In this document: positions 34,271 through 35,464 of the stretch, piece by piece
Numbering within the stretch: position 1 is the stretch's first letter
Layout: every line of letters begins with the position of its first letter
Origin: Octopus bimaculoides
Taxonomy: Eukaryota
Length of the DNA stretch: 35,464 nucleotides
NCBI RefSeq assembly: GCF_001194135.2
Contig: NC_068984.1
Location: 41,427,398 to 41,462,861 of the forward strand
Reading direction: 5' to 3'
Notes under the pieces: model-generated
What the model was told of the DNA's origin: nothing
Seen by the model: only the letters and a program-made list of their open reading frames with translations
Databases searched by the model: none
Program-made: the position numbers and the translations under genes

Positions 34271-34519
34271 TGTATGTGAGACAGAGACAAAGCTGACTCT
34301 TCGAATTACAGTTACTATATATCTAACTTACATCCACACAGTTTCTGACAACCTAATTTTATTCAGGGCTTGGGTTGACACACTTTTAGTTAACAATACT
34401 TGCCGAAAATATCATGCAGTGAAAGTGGACTTCTTAACCACTCAACTGTGTCTTCATCTGTATATAGAACTTTTTACACTTTCATTCATCCACAGCTACA
34501 TTTACAATATGTGTAGAAT

Positions 34520-35210
34520 GAAGTAGGAGAAAAGGGATTCCAGTCCTTAGGCAGGTGAGTACAGTTGTTCAGCTGATTGTTTGTGTTAGGTGGAGGGTAG
34601 TGTCAACAACAGATTGGAGTAACTGTGAGAGAGAGAGAGCAGTTGGAAGAAGGTGTAAGTTGCTTTGGTGTGTGTTATGTGAGGAAAAGGTGAGCTTCTG
34701 TTGGTTTGAAGTGAACAGAGGTGGGTTGTTGACAGAGACAAATGTTAAGGAAGTTGTTTTGCCTTAGGTTAGCTCTGACTAAACAATTGATCAAAGGCAT
34801 TCCAGCCTTGATCATCTCAAGTTTTTAGAGGCATCTAGAGCTACACTGTCTAATGTTAACCTTCATCTAGGACAGTAGTGGTGTAATTTGTGAGAAACTG
34901 ATTGCTTTTGAGAAGCTTTGTAGAGGGTTTTCTCTTTGTGATATGGTAGAAGTGGATTCCAGTGTGGTGAGGATGTTAATTTGAAAGATAAAAACTGGGT
35001 ATGGCACCACTTGTACAACCATCAATGTAACTGTTATGCAGCTCTGGTTTATTGAGTGAATTTTGGTTGTCAATTCTTGTCAGTAGAGAGCACTACAGAA
35101 GAAGCAGTTGAATGGTGTTGAGTTGAGGGAGGAGTGCCAATCGTGAAAAGGGAGTTGACAATCTTGGTAATAAAGAGTTAGGAAGGGGTTATATTTGGTT
35201 CAGTGGAACA
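34520..35210 (-). mobile_element. Decayed Penelope-like reverse transcriptase fragment
   Basis: Minus-strand YIDGCTSG (35018-35029, cf. RYIDDCIG) followed by FLNI and SVHFKPTEAH (34690-34719, cf. TSVHYKPTDSH), the PLE RT motif order. Confidence 0.6.
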
Positions 35211-35214
35211 AGTT

Positions 35215-35464
35215 CATCATCATCATCATCATCGTTTAACGTCCGCTTTCCATGCTAGCATGGGTTGGACGATTTGACTGAGGACTGGTGAAACCGGATG
35301 GCAACACCAGGCTCCAGTCTGATTTGGCAGAGTTTCTACAGCTGGATGCCCTTCCTAACGCCAACCACTCAGAGAGTGTAGTGGGTGCTTTTACGTGTCA
35401 CCCGCACGAAAACGGCCACGCTCGAAATGGTGTCTTTTATGTGCCACCCGCACAAGCCAGTCCA
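35215..35464 (-). mobile_element. Young RTE-tail copy, cut by the window end
   Basis: Nearly identical to 24146-24450 apart from a 21-nt deletion (ggccagtcaggcggtactggc). Confidence 0.92.

Noticed and set aside
1-35464. CRISPR array, rRNA or prokaryotic operon
   Set aside because: No regularly spaced repeat-spacer array or rRNA-like sequence; the window is a spliceosomal-intron eukaryotic locus.

Overview
AT-rich, repeat-dense eukaryotic draft scaffold with six N-gaps. The SINE/LINE families and microsatellite load look like Octopus (inference from recalled repeat families, not a database result). One confident host gene: a five-exon CDV3 homolog on the + strand, join(14600..14782,22346..22425,29117..29265,29745..29937,32389..32500), 717 nt, 238 aa, all introns GT-AG with consistent phases. 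The rest is mostly mobile DNA: several tRNA-derived SINE families, many RTE-type LINE 3' ends with (GAT)n tails, a decayed DD37D/maT mariner, an internally deleted ISL2EU-like (PHIS) DNA transposon with a SAP-SWIM ORF remnant, a hAT-like MITE and Penelope-like remnants. Most notable observations: (1) a head-to-head foldback of a tRNA-headed SINE carrying a Penelope-type minimal hammerhead-ribozyme motif just upstream of CDV3 exon 3; (2) a 54-bp near-perfect hairpin with TTAGGG repeats in intron 2; (3) candidate 3'UTR introns at the NMD threshold; (4) a candidate divergent small gene sharing the CDV3 promoter. No CRISPR, rRNA or true tRNA genes were seen. Most ORFs in the supplied track are artefacts of microsatellites, N-gaps or repeats.
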